Position numbers and translations under genes: made by a program
Notes under the pieces: model-generated
The model's input: only the letters and a program-made list of their open reading frames with translations
Database searches by the model: none
What the model was told of the DNA's origin: nothing
Shown here: piece after piece, positions 1 to 11,187 of the stretch
Layout of the letters: every line of letters begins with the position of its first letter
Position numbering within the stretch: position 1 is the stretch's first letter
Assembly (NCBI GenBank): GCA_041915365.1
Contig: JAYSBP010000009.1
Span: 4,182-68,181 of the forward strand
DNA: 64,000 nt
Reading direction: 5' to 3'
DNA from: Campylobacterales bacterium
GTDB taxonomy: Bacteria > Campylobacterota > Campylobacteria > Campylobacterales > UBA6016

Positions 1-404
1 TTTATTGCATCGAAAAGATAGAAGAGTTGCTAAACGAACCCGATATTTTGTCTGACCATGTGAGAGCCGTGGCAAAGCTAAACGAGTTTGAGGCGGTCGG
101 GATGAGTGAGGCACCGAGAGGTACGCTACTGCATCACTACAAAACCGACAAAAACGGCCTTATTACGTTTGCCAATCTGATAATAGCTACAGGGCACAAC
201 AATCTGGCTATGAATGCGGGTATTACGCAGGCGGCAAAAGAGTTTGTGAGAGGTGAATACACGCAGGGTGCACTAAACCGCGTAGAGGCCGTTATAAGAG
301 CTTTTGACCCGTGTCTATCATGCGCTACGCACGCACAAGGGAAGATGGGATTCGAGGTCGCTTTTAGAAGGGACGGCGAAATAGTGGATAAAAAGTTTAT
401 TTGA
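1..404 (+). CDS. [NiFe]-hydrogenase large subunit, C-terminal fragment (5' end lies outside the window)
   Basis: The reading frame is open to base 3. It contains EAPRGTLLHHY and the C-terminal Ni-binding motif DPCLSCATH, followed by a 23-aa tail of the kind removed by a maturation protease. Confidence 0.85.
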   Translation, partial: YCIEKIEELLNEPDILSDHVRAVAKLNEFEAVGMSEAPRGTLLHHYKTDKNGLITFANLIIATGHNNLAMNAGITQAAKEFVRGEYTQGALNRVEAVIRAFDPCLSCATHAQGKMGFEVAFRRDGEIVDKKFI

Positions 405-811
405 CGACTCTTTTTATCTGCTACGGCAACGATCTCATTGGCAATGATGCCTTTGGACGAGCGGTCTATGAGGCTTTGCCAGATGTTTGCGAGAGGGTGT
501 TTGTCATTCAGCTCCTCCCAGAGCTTCTTGAAAAAGCAAAAGATTATGAGAGACTTGTATTTGTCGATGCGGCGCACGGCGGTGGGGACGTAGAGCTGTA
601 TGAAATATTCCCCTCAAACGAGGATACTGCAGATTTTCACCATCTAAGCGCTGAAACTTTCCTTGGATTACTCCAAACACTTTACAATCGTAGACCAAAA
701 TCATATATGTGTGCCGGATATTTTGATAGTTTTGAGATAGGAGATGTAGACTTGGAGTTTGAGAGCAAAGTCAAAAACGCAGTATCTACACTAATACAAA
801 CTCTCATATAA
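401..811 (+). CDS. Hydrogenase maturation endopeptidase (HyaD/HoxW/HycI family)
   Basis: The N-terminal GNDLIGNDAFG motif and a later FVDA..H element match this protease family. The TTG start overlaps the upstream stop codon. It lies directly downstream of a large subunit that carries a cleavable tail. Confidence 0.8.
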   Translation: MTTLFICYGNDLIGNDAFGRAVYEALPDVCERVFVIQLLPELLEKAKDYERLVFVDAAHGGGDVELYEIFPSNEDTADFHHLSAETFLGLLQTLYNRRPKSYMCAGYFDSFEIGDVDLEFESKVKNAVSTLIQTLI

Positions 812-839
812 TTACAAAAAAATTAATAGAGGGGATAAA

Positions 840-1340
840 ATGTTTTTTAATAAAGAACTAAAAGAATTTGACACATCGGCAGAGGCGCTTGATGGTGTGA
901 ACTATGCGACTGTTACGACTGAAAAAGGGGCGATGAAAATCAAACTTTTAAAAGAAGAGGCTCCGATAGCGGTAGCAAACTTCGCAGACCTTGTTAAAAA
1001 AGGGTTCTATGATGGACTAAATTTTCATAGGGTTATAGCGGGATTTATGGCACAGGGCGGTTGTCCGGAGGGCTCAGGCAGGGGCGGCCCTGGATATGCT
1101 ATCAAATGCGAATGTATGAACAATACGTCAAAACACCTAAAAGGTACGCTATCAATGGCGCATGCAGGAAGAGATACTGGCGGCAGTCAGTTTTTCATCT
1201 GCTTTGCCCCACAATCACACCTTGACAAACAACATACGGTGTTTGGCCAAATCGACAAAGATGATGCAGAGAGTATGAAAACGCTTGATAGTGTCAAACA
1301 AGGTGACAAAATCGTCAGCATAGCGATAAGCGCAGAATAA
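840..1340 (+). CDS. ppiB: Peptidyl-prolyl cis-trans isomerase, cyclophilin type
   Basis: It carries the cyclophilin motifs FHRVIAGFMAQGG, GGPGY and SMAHAG..TGGSQFFI. A GAGGGG Shine-Dalgarno sequence precedes the ATG. Confidence 0.9.
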   Translation: MFFNKELKEFDTSAEALDGVNYATVTTEKGAMKIKLLKEEAPIAVANFADLVKKGFYDGLNFHRVIAGFMAQGGCPEGSGRGGPGYAIKCECMNNTSKHLKGTLSMAHAGRDTGGSQFFICFAPQSHLDKQHTVFGQIDKDDAESMKTLDSVKQGDKIVSIAISAE

Positions 1341-2011
1341 TGACGATTTCGGTCTGGCAACACGTCGACTTTGAGGGGCCATCCGCAATAGCCGAGTGGG
1401 CAAAAGAGCGGGGCCATGTTCTGGAGATTATCCGTGCCGACTATGATGACCCATTTACCGTTCGTGACGCTCTTGTGGTGCTCGGCGGGCCTATGGGCGT
1501 CTACGATTCTTTACCGTTTTTGCCAGCCGAAAAAGCGGCACTAAAAAGCCATATCAACAGAGGTGGCAAAACTTTCGGTATATGCCTGGGCTCTCAGTTA
1601 ATCGCTGATGTAATGGGGGCAAGAGTATTTTCCAGCGGAACAAGAGAGGTTGGCTGGAGAAGTGTTAGCTTCGCCAAGCACCAAATGACTGACGGGCTAG
1701 GTGACGATGGGATTGTGTTTCACTGGCACGGCGATACGTTTGATTTGCCACCTGGCGCTGAGCTGCTCGCTTCAAATGATGCTTTTAAAAATCAGATGTT
1801 TTGCGCAAAAGGCGGGAAGGTGATAGCGACTCAGTTTCACTTTGAGACGACTAGAGAGAGTATGGAAGATATATTGGAGGCCGATAGCGGGTATTTGGAC
1901 TTTGACTCGCCGTTTATCCAAGATTTTGATGATATTTTACTCGGGGCAAGGTATATTCCTAGAGCAAATGAGTTACTTTTTAAACTTCTTGACAAGTGGA
2001 TAGCTCTTTAG
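1340..2011 (+). CDS. Class I glutamine amidotransferase-like protein
   Basis: GICLGSQLIA forms a nucleophile elbow with Cys, and HWHGDTF and QFHFE elements follow. The start is coupled to the upstream gene as TAATG. Confidence 0.7.
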   Translation: MTISVWQHVDFEGPSAIAEWAKERGHVLEIIRADYDDPFTVRDALVVLGGPMGVYDSLPFLPAEKAALKSHINRGGKTFGICLGSQLIADVMGARVFSSGTREVGWRSVSFAKHQMTDGLGDDGIVFHWHGDTFDLPPGAELLASNDAFKNQMFCAKGGKVIATQFHFETTRESMEDILEADSGYLDFDSPFIQDFDDILLGARYIPRANELLFKLLDKWIAL

Positions 2012-2014
2012 GGA

Positions 2015-3067
2015 ATGTTAGTTCACATCTGCTGCTCTGTCGATAGCCACTACTTCCTCACTCGCCTTAAAGCCGATTATCCAAATGAGAGATTGGTCGG
2101 CTTTTTTTATAATCCGAATATTCATCCGAGAGCCGAATATGAATTAAGACTCCAAGACGCAAAAATGAGTTGTAAGAAGCTAGACATAGAGCTACTTGAG
2201 GGCAAGTATGACGACGTGTTTTGGTATGAAGCGGTAAAGAGCTTTGAGGGGTGCGCTGAAAAGGGCGAGAGATGTGAAATATGTTTTGACAAAAGATTTG
2301 AAGAGAGCGCCAAAAAAGCCGCCCAGCTGGGGCTAAATACATTTACTTCCACTCTGCTCCAAAGCCCGCTAAAAGATAAAGAGCAACTGAGAATATCTCT
2401 TGAAAAAATCTCTCAAAAATACGGTGTGGATTTTGCCTTCGTGGACTACCTCTCAAAAGGGGGTATGGAAGCTCAAAACAAAGCGGCAAAGGAAGCTGGG
2501 CTATATCGTCAAAATTATTGCGGCTGTTCGTGGGGACTCATAAACCAAAGGGCAAAAAAAGAAGAGCCTATTTTTGAAAGTTTTTCGACTATTGCTCCAA
2601 GAGAGTTTCCGGCATCTGCAGAAGATAGGTTACGATTTTATGCACAAAATGGCAGTGAGATTTTTAGAGCTAGAATACTTGATTATCGCTGTTTATCGGC
2701 ATCCATTAGTGCAAATGGGGAGCTTTTGGCCTCATATCCACTATTGTATTCTACCTCTCAAAAAGATAGCTTTACCGCAAATACGCTGTGTGAAAAAAAT
2801 GGAATTTTGTTTTTGGATAAAGATGGCACTAGGGTTGTGAGCCTTGCCGCTTTAAATAGCTTTTTGGATAAAAATTATAAAGACACGGTTGAACTCATAT
2901 TTTCCCCTCCAACGTTTGGGGAGGAGATGAGATTTCGTTTATCGCTAGTTGCTCACCCTTTTGATATGTCCCCTATTTTTGTGGTCGATAATCCGATTTT
3001 TGACGCAAAGTATAAAATAGAGCTAAAATTTGCCGTATCCCACTCCGCAATGGAGCAAACTCCTTAA
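2015..3067 (+). CDS. queH: Epoxyqueuosine reductase QueH (DUF208) with an additional C-terminal region of about 165 aa
   Basis: The N-terminal HICCSVDS, CEICFDKRF and YRQNYCGCSWG cysteine motifs are typical of DUF208/QueH. Residues from about 185 to 350 contain no motif I recognise. Confidence 0.65.
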   Translation: MLVHICCSVDSHYFLTRLKADYPNERLVGFFYNPNIHPRAEYELRLQDAKMSCKKLDIELLEGKYDDVFWYEAVKSFEGCAEKGERCEICFDKRFEESAKKAAQLGLNTFTSTLLQSPLKDKEQLRISLEKISQKYGVDFAFVDYLSKGGMEAQNKAAKEAGLYRQNYCGCSWGLINQRAKKEEPIFESFSTIAPREFPASAEDRLRFYAQNGSEIFRARILDYRCLSASISANGELLASYPLLYSTSQKDSFTANTLCEKNGILFLDKDGTRVVSLAALNSFLDKNYKDTVELIFSPPTFGEEMRFRLSLVAHPFDMSPIFVVDNPIFDAKYKIELKFAVSHSAMEQTP

Positions 3068-3127
3068 AAAAAGCTAATTTTTGCTAAAATCCTCCAATTT
3101 TTCTGTATAAAAAGGTAACCTCAAAAT

Positions 3128-3568
3128 ATGCTTGATATTAACGAAATATCCAAAATTCTACCCCACAAATATCCGTTTTTGCTAGTCGACAGAGTCACGG
3201 CTCTTGTTGGTGGTGAGTCGATTGAAGCTTACAAAAATATATCAATCTCCGACCAAGTATTCCAAGGGCATTTTCCTGGGCATCCGATATATCCGGGCGT
3301 GCTTATTATAGAGGGGATGGCGCAAGCAGGCGGTGTATTGGCGTTTAAGAGCGTTGCTGACGAGAGTGAATTTGCAAATAAAGTCGTGTATTTTATGAGC
3401 ATAGACAAGGCAAAGTTTAGAAATCCTGTGCTCCCTGGCGACAAGCTAGAGTATAAGCTGAGCGTTATTAAGCATAAAGGCAATATTTGGGTCCTTGATG
3501 GCAAGGCGTATGTAGATGACAAGCTTGTGGCAGAAGCTGAGCTAAAAGCAATGATAGTAGACAAATAA
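3128..3568 (+). CDS. fabZ: 3-hydroxyacyl-ACP dehydratase FabZ
   Basis: It has the hot-dog fold signature [13 protein letters not shown] and [22 protein letters not shown]. Confidence 0.95.
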   Translation: MLDINEISKILPHKYPFLLVDRVTALVGGESIEAYKNISISDQVFQGHFPGHPIYPGVLIIEGMAQAGGVLAFKSVADESEFANKVVYFMSIDKAKFRNPVLPGDKLEYKLSVIKHKGNIWVLDGKAYVDDKLVAEAELKAMIVDK

Positions 3569-4359
3569 TGATACATCAAACAGCGATAATCAAAGACGGT
3601 GCACAGCTTGGCCAAGGGGTCAAAGTAGGAGCCTATGCTTATATAGGGCCAAAAGTCGTTATAGGTGACGGATGCGAGATAGGCAACGGCGCACAAATAA
3701 CAGGCAAAACCACAATAGGCAAAAATAACCGTATATTTTCGCACGCAGTTATAGGCACTATCCCTCAAGACCTGAAATATAACGGCGAAGAGACGGAGCT
3801 TGTTATCGGCGACGGCAATACGATAAGAGAGTTTTGCTTTTTTAACCCGGGTACGGCTCAAGGCGGCGGTATTACAAAAATAGGCAACGGGTCGCTCTTT
3901 ATGGCTTATGTTCACATAGCGCATGATTGTATTATAGAAGATAACTGCATACTTGCAAATAACGCGACTCTTGCTGGGCACGTTGAACTAGGAAATCACG
4001 TTGTGGTAGGCGGTATGACGCCGGTGCATCAGTTTGTTAAAGTCGGAGATTTTGCAATGCTTGGCGGTGCAAGTGCGGTAAATCAAGATATTCCTCCATA
4101 CTGTTTGGCGGAGGGCAATAGAGCTCACTTAAGGGGGCTAAACCTTGTCGGATTAAGACGCCATATTGAAAGAAGCGATATAGATGCGATAAAAAGAGCG
4201 TATAGGGAACTATTCTTGAAAGGCAGACCTTTAAGGGAAGCGGCCGAAGAACTGATGGCGATAGACAATGCCTATGTGCAAAAAATCGCAAAATTTTGCC
4301 TCGAGACAAAAAGAGGCATACCATACCACAGTAAAGATGCGGGTACGATAGATGAGTGA
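3568..4359 (+). CDS. lpxA: Acyl-ACP--UDP-GlcNAc O-acyltransferase LpxA
   Basis: The N-terminus is [14 protein letters not shown] and hexapeptide repeats run throughout. The fabZ-lpxA synteny supports the call. Confidence 0.9.
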   Translation: MIHQTAIIKDGAQLGQGVKVGAYAYIGPKVVIGDGCEIGNGAQITGKTTIGKNNRIFSHAVIGTIPQDLKYNGEETELVIGDGNTIREFCFFNPGTAQGGGITKIGNGSLFMAYVHIAHDCIIEDNCILANNATLAGHVELGNHVVVGGMTPVHQFVKVGDFAMLGGASAVNQDIPPYCLAEGNRAHLRGLNLVGLRRHIERSDIDAIKRAYRELFLKGRPLREAAEELMAIDNAYVQKIAKFCLETKRGIPYHSKDAGTIDE

Positions 4360-5596
4360 AAAAGTTTGTAATTTTTGCGGGGCGCACGATAGTGAGCAAA
4401 ATCCGCTTTTGGCCGGTGAAGATGCGTATATTTGCAAAAACTGCGTTCTTAGCGCATACAAAATAATACTTGGCGAGCTTGCGGCTTCAAAAGATGAGGT
4501 AACAAGAGGAGAGGTAACACCTAAAAAACTAAAAGAGGCTCTTGACGGATATGTGATAGGTCAAGATAGGGCAAAAAAAATTATTGCCGTTGCGGTTTAT
4601 AATCACTACAAAAGAATCATTAAAGGGCTTCCGGCGGATGATGACGATACGGAGCTAAAAAAATCAAATATTTTGCTTGTAGGCCCGACGGGTAGCGGTA
4701 AAACGCTTATTGCTCAGACTCTTGCCAAATACCTTGACGTGCCTATTGCTATTACGGATGCTACAAGTCTTACAGAGGCTGGATATGTTGGCGAAGATGT
4801 CGAGAATATCCTTGTTAGATTGCTTCAGGCCGCCGATGGAGACGTAAAAAAAGCCGAACACGGCATAGTATTTATAGATGAGGTTGACAAGATAGCTAGA
4901 ATGAGCGAAAACCGCTCTATTACAAGAGATGTATCAGGAGAGGGCGTGCAGCAGGCACTTCTCAAAATCATCGAGGGCAGTAGTGTCAATATCCCACCAA
5001 AGGGTGGCAGAAAGCATCCAAACCAAGAGTTTATACAGATGGATACTACGAATATCCTTTTTATAGCTGGCGGAGCATTCGACGGGCTTGGTGAAATCAT
5101 CAAAAATAGAATCTCAGGCTCTTCTATGGGATTCTTACAAAAAGAAAAAACCGAGATAAAAGAGGAAAATATATTTGAGGCGATAGAGCCTGACGACCTT
5201 GTAAAATTTGGCCTTATACCTGAGCTAATAGGAAGGCTTCACGTGATAGCAAGCCTTAGAGAACTTGATATTAAAGAGCTTGTGAGGGTATTCAAAGAAC
5301 CTAAAAATTCAATTTTAAAACAATACCAAAAACTATTTGCGATAGATGACGTGAAGCTAACTATCACGGAAGATGCCATCGAAGAGATATGCAAAGAGAG
5401 CATTAAGCGCAAGACTGGAGCTAGAGGGCTTAGAGCTATTATAGAAGATGTAATGACGGATACTATGTATGAACTTCCGGAGCTTGCTGGATATGAGGTG
5501 ATAGTCAACAAGGATTGCATCGAAAAAAATAGCGAGCCGCTAAAGGTGAAGCTAGGCAAATCTGAAACCTCAAAAGGCAAAAAAGCTAGCGCTTGA
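4352..5596 (+). CDS. clpX: ATP-dependent Clp protease ATP-binding subunit ClpX
   Basis: It has an N-terminal zinc finger (CNFCG...CKNC), a Walker A motif (GPTGSGKT), a Walker B motif (IVFIDEVDK) and the pore loop GYVGEDVE. Confidence 0.95.
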   Translation: MSEKVCNFCGAHDSEQNPLLAGEDAYICKNCVLSAYKIILGELAASKDEVTRGEVTPKKLKEALDGYVIGQDRAKKIIAVAVYNHYKRIIKGLPADDDDTELKKSNILLVGPTGSGKTLIAQTLAKYLDVPIAITDATSLTEAGYVGEDVENILVRLLQAADGDVKKAEHGIVFIDEVDKIARMSENRSITRDVSGEGVQQALLKIIEGSSVNIPPKGGRKHPNQEFIQMDTTNILFIAGGAFDGLGEIIKNRISGSSMGFLQKEKTEIKEENIFEAIEPDDLVKFGLIPELIGRLHVIASLRELDIKELVRVFKEPKNSILKQYQKLFAIDDVKLTITEDAIEEICKESIKRKTGARGLRAIIEDVMTDTMYELPELAGYEVIVNKDCIEKNSEPLKVKLGKSETSKGKKASA

Positions 5597-5624
5597 CGAT
5601 AACAATTAAAAAAGGATAAAGGGT

Positions 5625-6659
5625 ATGTTTTTAGATAAATTAATAGGTTTTTTCTCAAGTGACCTTGCCATCGACCTGGGCACGGCAAATACGATAGTGA
5701 GTATCAGAGGTAAGGGTATTATCATCAATGAGCCGTCCGTTGTTGCAGTGCAATCTGACAGATATGGCAAACAAAAAATTCTTGCCGTAGGACAAGAGGC
5801 AAAAGATATGATAGGTAAAACACCTGGAAATATCACAGCCATTAGACCTATGAGAGACGGGGTTATCGCCGATTTTGACATAACAGAAAAGATGATTAGA
5901 TACTTCATTGAAAAAGTACACAACAGACAAGCGTTTATCAGACCTCGTATCGTTATCTGTGTTCCTTACGGTCTTACGCAAGTTGAGAGAAAGGCTGTTA
6001 GAGAGTCTGCTATGTCTGCCGGCGCTAGAGAGGTTTATTTGGTTGATGAACCTATGGCGGCTGCTATTGGTGTCGGTCTGCCTGTAAAGGAGCCGCAAGG
6101 GAACGTTGTTGTGGACATCGGTGGCGGTACTACTGAGATAGGCGTCACATCTCTTGGCGGTCTTGTTATTAGCAAATCCATAAGAGTTGCGGGCGATAAG
6201 CTAGATAGCGACATCGTAAACTATGTGAGAAAAAAATACAACCTTCTAATCGGTGAAAGAACTGCGGAAGACATCAAGATGACTATCGGTTCTGCCGTGA
6301 AGCTAGATGAGCCGCTCGTTATGACAATAAAAGGTAGAGACCAAATCAACGGTCTTCTCACGACTATCGAGTTTACGAGCGAAGAGGTTAGGGATGCGAT
6401 AAAAGACTCTCTAAAAGCGATACTTGATGCTGTAAGATTGGTACTAGAGCTTATGCCACCTGACCTTGCTGGGGATGTTGTGGAAAATGGTATCGTACTT
6501 ACAGGAGGCGGTGCGCTTCTTAGAGGTCTTGACAAATATCTATCCGAGGCGGTCAAGCTTCCTGTGTTTGTTGCAGAGGAGCCGCTTCTTGCGGTTGTTA
6601 GAGGTACGGCTGCCGTACTAGAAGAGTTAGATCTGTTGCAACAAATCTCGTATGAGTAA
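5625..6659 (+). CDS. mreB: Rod shape-determining protein MreB
   Basis: It carries the actin-like ATPase motifs DLGTANT, DIGGGTTE and LTGGGALLRGL. Confidence 0.95.
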   Translation: MFLDKLIGFFSSDLAIDLGTANTIVSIRGKGIIINEPSVVAVQSDRYGKQKILAVGQEAKDMIGKTPGNITAIRPMRDGVIADFDITEKMIRYFIEKVHNRQAFIRPRIVICVPYGLTQVERKAVRESAMSAGAREVYLVDEPMAAAIGVGLPVKEPQGNVVVDIGGGTTEIGVTSLGGLVISKSIRVAGDKLDSDIVNYVRKKYNLLIGERTAEDIKMTIGSAVKLDEPLVMTIKGRDQINGLLTTIEFTSEEVRDAIKDSLKAILDAVRLVLELMPPDLAGDVVENGIVLTGGGALLRGLDKYLSEAVKLPVFVAEEPLLAVVRGTAAVLEELDLLQQISYE

Positions 6660-7461
6660 AAAATGGATTGTTTCTAGTTTTCTAGCAGCATTCCTGTTTG
6701 CCGTTTATTATTTTTTCGGCTCTATGTTGCAAAGACAACTTTTGCCTTTGTTGTCTGGAGTCAGGATTGTCTACCTGAACGTGAGAGATTATTGCGACGA
6801 TGCTATTTATAGGCATACGTTTCAAGCTGATACCATAGCCTCGCTAAAAGCCGAAAATGAGAAGCTTCAAAAAGAGGCTCTGCTGTACAAAAACAGCGTT
6901 AAAGATTTGGTATACAAGCAGGGGGCTAGCGATTTTCATATTTTTGACGGCAACCATAGTGTAAGTATCAAGCCTTCAAAGGCACTGTCTTATTCAAACT
7001 TGCCAAATCTATATAGAGTATGGATAGATTTTACACCAACAGATAAAAATGCGAGCAGTACGGTACCAAAGGTCTATGGGATTGTGTATCCGGCTCAAAA
7101 TAAGATAGACTCTGTATCTTGCGGCATAGCTCTCAAGAACCAAAACGGTAAATATGAGGCATATCTAAATGGTGATACGAAATGCTCTTATGGGGTATAT
7201 GTCGGCAAGTCGAAAGCACCCGGGGTGCTGTACGGTAAAAATCAAGATAAACTAGTTATCAAATATATCCCCACTTGGATGGAAGTAAAGCCAGGGGATG
7301 AGGTGATAACGAGCGGTCTTGACAATATATTTTTCGAGGGCGTTAGGGTCGGAACTGTAAAAAGTGTAAGCTCCGATAGCGCATACAAAGAGGTTCTTGT
7401 GGATGGCTACTACAACCCTCTATCGCCGAACTATTTTTATGTAATCGAAAAAGCCAAATAA
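6652..7461 (+). CDS. mreC: Rod shape-determining protein MreC
   Basis: It has an N-terminal transmembrane helix, a coiled-coil segment and the C-terminal GDEVITSGLD..F..G..VG motif. It overlaps the end of mreB. Confidence 0.75.
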   Translation: MSKKWIVSSFLAAFLFAVYYFFGSMLQRQLLPLLSGVRIVYLNVRDYCDDAIYRHTFQADTIASLKAENEKLQKEALLYKNSVKDLVYKQGASDFHIFDGNHSVSIKPSKALSYSNLPNLYRVWIDFTPTDKNASSTVPKVYGIVYPAQNKIDSVSCGIALKNQNGKYEAYLNGDTKCSYGVYVGKSKAPGVLYGKNQDKLVIKYIPTWMEVKPGDEVITSGLDNIFFEGVRVGTVKSVSSDSAYKEVLVDGYYNPLSPNYFYVIEKAK

Positions 7462-7495
7462 ATTTGTATAACGAAATCATAATAAGGGGTAAAAG

Positions 7496-10400
7496 ATGAG
7501 AAAAAAACTTACAAAAAAAAGAAACGACATCCAAACAATCCTACTGATAGGTTCAGGTCCTATCGTAATTGGGCAAGCGTGTGAGTTTGACTACTCTGGC
7601 GCTCAAGCCGCAAAAACCCTAAAAGAGCTTGGGTATCGTGTCGTTCTCATCAATTCAAACCCCGCAACTATTATGACAGACCCAGAGTTTGCAGATAAAA
7701 CCTATATTGAGCCAATAACTGAAGATGTCGTAGCAAAAATAATAGCACAGGAAAAAGTGGATGCCGTACTTCCGACAATGGGCGGACAAACGGCTCTTAA
7801 TATTGCTATGAAAATGCACGAGAAGGGGATGCTTGAAGGTGTAAAATTCCTAGGCGCAAATCCGGAGGCAATCAAAAAAGGTGAAGATAGACAGGTATTT
7901 AAAGAGTGTATGCTCAAAATAGGGATGGATATTCCAAAAAGTAAATATGCCTACGCCGTAGAAGAGGCGTGCGAGGCGGCAAAAGAGATGGGCTTTCCGC
8001 TTATTATCAGGGCTTCTTTTACTCTTGCTGGTGGCGGCTCAGGGGTAGCGTACAATATCGATGAGTTTAAAGACCTTGCGATGAAGGGGATAGAGGCAAG
8101 CCCTATAGGAGAAATTCTAATCGAAGAGAGTCTTCTCGGGTGGAAAGAGTATGAAATGGAAGTTATCCGTGACTCTGCAGATAACTGCATCATTGTGTGC
8201 TCAATAGAAAATCTCGACCCGATGGGTGTGCATACGGGAGATTCAATAACCATAGCTCCGGCACTTACGCTAACGGATAAAGAGTATCAAAGGATGAGAG
8301 ATGCGTCTTTTGCGATACTCAGAGAGATAGGCGTCGATACCGGCGGTTCAAACGTACAGTTTGCCATCAATCCGAACACAGGGAGAATGACTGTTATTGA
8401 GATGAACCCTAGGGTCTCTCGTAGCTCGGCTCTAGCATCAAAAGCGACAGGCTATCCGATAGCAAAAATAGCTACGCTACTTGCCGTCGGCTTTACTCTT
8501 GACGAGATAGAAAATGACATCACCGGTACTGCCGCCTCTTTTGAGCCGACAATCGACTACATCGTAACTAAGCTTCCTAGATTTACATTTGAGAAGTTCA
8601 CAGGTGCAGACTCGACACTTACTACTTCGATGAAATCGGTCGGTGAGGCGATGGCGATAGGCACTACTTTTAAAGAGTCTATACAAAAAGCGCTTTGTTC
8701 TTTGGAGACAGGGCTAACAGGCTTTGATAATATGGGTGGAGATGATGAGTCAATCAAAAAAGAGATTAGAAGACCAAACGCAGATAGAGTGCTGTATGTT
8801 GCGGAGGGCTTCAGAAGAGGTTTGAGTATCGATGAGATATTCGCTCTTTCAAAAATTGACCCTTGGTTTTTGGGTGAAATAAAAGAGATAGTTGACTTCG
8901 AGAAAAAAGTCAGCAGTTCGCTCCTAAGTGACAAAGATGCTCTTTTTGCCGCAAAATCGATGGGCTTTAGCGATATGAGACTTGCCAAACTTGCAGGCGT
9001 CAATGAAGGGGATGTCAAAGAGGCTAGAAATAGAAAAGGGATAGCCCTTACTTATAATGAAGTTGATACTTGTGCCGCAGAGTTTAGAGCATTGACCCCT
9101 TATCTATACTCAAGCTACGAGCAAAATCCGTACGCCAAAAATGAGACGCTTTTTGAGGGTGACAAGAAAGTCATGATTATCGGAGGTGGACCAAACAGAA
9201 TAGGGCAGGGGATAGAGTTTGACTACTGTTGCGTTCACGCCGCATTTGCCCTAAAAGACATGGGTGTGCGCTCAATAATGCTAAACTGCAACCCTGAGAC
9301 GGTATCGACAGACTACGATACGAGTGATATATTGTTTTTTGAACCGATAGATTTTGAAAGAGTGAGTTCTATCATCGACAAAGAGCAGCCAGACGGTATC
9401 ATCGTGCATTTTGGCGGACAAACTCCACTAAAGCTATCTAAAAAAATAGCCGCTTACGGTGGAAAAATCATCGGAACTAGCGCCGACACTATAGATGTTG
9501 CCGAAGATAGAAGACTATTTAGCGAATTTGCTGAAAAAACAGAGCTTTTGCAACCTAGAAATGCAACAGCCACAAGTATAGATGAGGCGGCAAAATATGC
9601 AAATGAGATAGGATATCCGGTGCTTGTACGACCTTCATTTGTCCTTGGCGGTAGAGCGATGAGAACTGTGGATAGCGAAGAGGAACTAAGAAACTATATG
9701 GCGGAAGCTATATCGGTCAGCCATAATTCACCGGTGCTTATAGACAAATTCCTAGAAGGGGCTATAGAGCTTGATGCGGACGCCATCACTGACGGTGTTG
9801 ACGTGTATGTGGGCGGCGTAATGCAACACATTGAAGAGGCCGGTATTCACTCTGGCGACTCTGCTTGCTCACTCCCTCCGGTTTCTCTTGATGAAGCTAT
9901 GATAAAAGAGGTTAGGGCTACGACTGCCAAAATAGCCTTGGCACTAGGAGTAAAAGGACTTCTTAATATTCAATTTGCAATTTTTGAGGGCAAGCTGTAT
10001 CTTATCGAGGTCAATCCTAGAGCCAGCCGAACTGTCCCATTTGTCTCAAAAGCCACAGGTGTTCCGATGGCAAAGGTAGCTACAAGAGTAATGTGGCAAG
10101 GCAACTTAAGAGAAGCTCTCAAGTTTTACGATAAACATGGTGTCGTATACGAAGAGGATGGATTGCTAATTCCTAGACTAAAAGGGCACATAGCCGTTAA
10201 AGAGGCGGTATTTCCGTTCAACAAACTTGCCGGCTCCGATGTAAGCCTTGGGCCTGAGATGAAGTCTACGGGCGAGGTTATGGGTATATCTAGCGACTTT
10301 GGAGTCTCTTTTGCCAAAAGTCAAGCGGCTGCTGGCAATAGACTTCCAAAAAGCGGTAAGCTATTTATATCACTATCGCAAGCCGACAAAGTTCACGCAG

Positions 10401-10747
10401 TAAGTCTTGCAAAAGAGTATAAAGCCCTTGGTTTTAGCCTAATAGCCACTGGCGGCACGGCAAAAGCTATTAATGAAGCCGGTGTAGAGTGTGAGAGCGT
10501 ACTAAAAATATCAGAGGGTAGACCAAATATTGAAGACCACCTCAAAAATGGTGAAATAGCGATGGTTATAAACACGTCGGACAATCAATCGGTTAAAAAC
10601 GATACGACAAAAATTCGTCAATCCGTAGTCAGATTTTCTGTTCCGTATATCACGACAATAGCGGCTGCAAATGCAGCGGTTGAAGCGGCGAAAGGGCTTC
10701 AAAGAGGTGACCTGTCGGTCAAAGCAATACAAGACTATCTAGGCTAA
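7496..10747 (+). CDS. carB: Carbamoyl-phosphate synthase large subunit
   Basis: The 1083-aa product has duplicated ATP-grasp halves ([18 protein letters not shown] and [18 protein letters not shown]) and an MGS-like C-terminus. Confidence 0.97.
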   Translation: MRKKLTKKRNDIQTILLIGSGPIVIGQACEFDYSGAQAAKTLKELGYRVVLINSNPATIMTDPEFADKTYIEPITEDVVAKIIAQEKVDAVLPTMGGQTALNIAMKMHEKGMLEGVKFLGANPEAIKKGEDRQVFKECMLKIGMDIPKSKYAYAVEEACEAAKEMGFPLIIRASFTLAGGGSGVAYNIDEFKDLAMKGIEASPIGEILIEESLLGWKEYEMEVIRDSADNCIIVCSIENLDPMGVHTGDSITIAPALTLTDKEYQRMRDASFAILREIGVDTGGSNVQFAINPNTGRMTVIEMNPRVSRSSALASKATGYPIAKIATLLAVGFTLDEIENDITGTAASFEPTIDYIVTKLPRFTFEKFTGADSTLTTSMKSVGEAMAIGTTFKESIQKALCSLETGLTGFDNMGGDDESIKKEIRRPNADRVLYVAEGFRRGLSIDEIFALSKIDPWFLGEIKEIVDFEKKVSSSLLSDKDALFAAKSMGFSDMRLAKLAGVNEGDVKEARNRKGIALTYNEVDTCAAEFRALTPYLYSSYEQNPYAKNETLFEGDKKVMIIGGGPNRIGQGIEFDYCCVHAAFALKDMGVRSIMLNCNPETVSTDYDTSDILFFEPIDFERVSSIIDKEQPDGIIVHFGGQTPLKLSKKIAAYGGKIIGTSADTIDVAEDRRLFSEFAEKTELLQPRNATATSIDEAAKYANEIGYPVLVRPSFVLGGRAMRTVDSEEELRNYMAEAISVSHNSPVLIDKFLEGAIELDADAITDGVDVYVGGVMQHIEEAGIHSGDSACSLPPVSLDEAMIKEVRATTAKIALALGVKGLLNIQFAIFEGKLYLIEVNPRASRTVPFVSKATGVPMAKVATRVMWQGNLREALKFYDKHGVVYEEDGLLIPRLKGHIAVKEAVFPFNKLAGSDVSLGPEMKSTGEVMGISSDFGVSFAKSQAAAGNRLPKSGKLFISLSQADKVHAVSLAKEYKALGFSLIATGGTAKAINEAGVECESVLKISEGRPNIEDHLKNGEIAMVINTSDNQSVKNDTTKIRQSVVRFSVPYITTIAAANAAVEAAKGLQRGDLSVKAIQDYLG

Positions 10748-11187
10748 TGGACCCCCAAAAAATATATCTCGTCCAGACCGATACGACAGTTGGTCTGGCC
10801 TCTCAAAACAAAGAGGCTCTAAGAAATGCGAAAGAGAGAGCTGAAAATAAACCTTTTATCATTACCGTTGCCGGATGCGGCGAGCTAAAGAAATTAACAA
10901 GAGTTCCAAGAAAAAAACGTAAGCTTGTCCGTAGGGCAAAAAAAACCACTTTTGTATATCCTCACAAAAACTTGGCAGTAAGAGTTGTGCAAGATGGTAG
11001 CTATTATGAGTTTTTAAAGCTGTTTGGGTGGATGTACTCAACTAGTGCGAATGAGGCTGGAAAAGGGTTTGATTTATCTTTTGCCAAAGGTGTGGCAGAT
11101 GAGATAGTTGGCGCAGAAGATTATTTAAAGGAAGGCAAGGCTTCAAAAATAATTTTGCTTGCCAAAAAAATGAAAAAAATACGATGA
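10747..11187 (+). CDS. Short YrdC/Sua5-family domain protein
   Basis: The N-terminal YLVQTDTTVGL motif matches the YrdC/TsaC fold. At 146 aa it is shorter than canonical TsaC. The start is coupled to carB as TAATG. Confidence 0.55.
   Translation: MDPQKIYLVQTDTTVGLASQNKEALRNAKERAENKPFIITVAGCGELKKLTRVPRKKRKLVRRAKKTTFVYPHKNLAVRVVQDGSYYEFLKLFGWMYSTSANEAGKGFDLSFAKGVADEIVGAEDYLKEGKASKIILLAKKMKKIR

Noticed and set aside
3229-3981. A 250-aa ORF on the minus strand, antisense to fabZ and lpxA.
   Set aside because: It lies entirely inside two strongly supported plus-strand genes. Its product is a low-complexity, Ser/Cys/Tyr-rich mirror-frame artefact with no start context.
7496-10747. An internal sequence repetition within carB.
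   Set aside because: It reflects the well-known ancient duplication of the two ATP-grasp halves of CarB. It is not a mobile or recent repeat.
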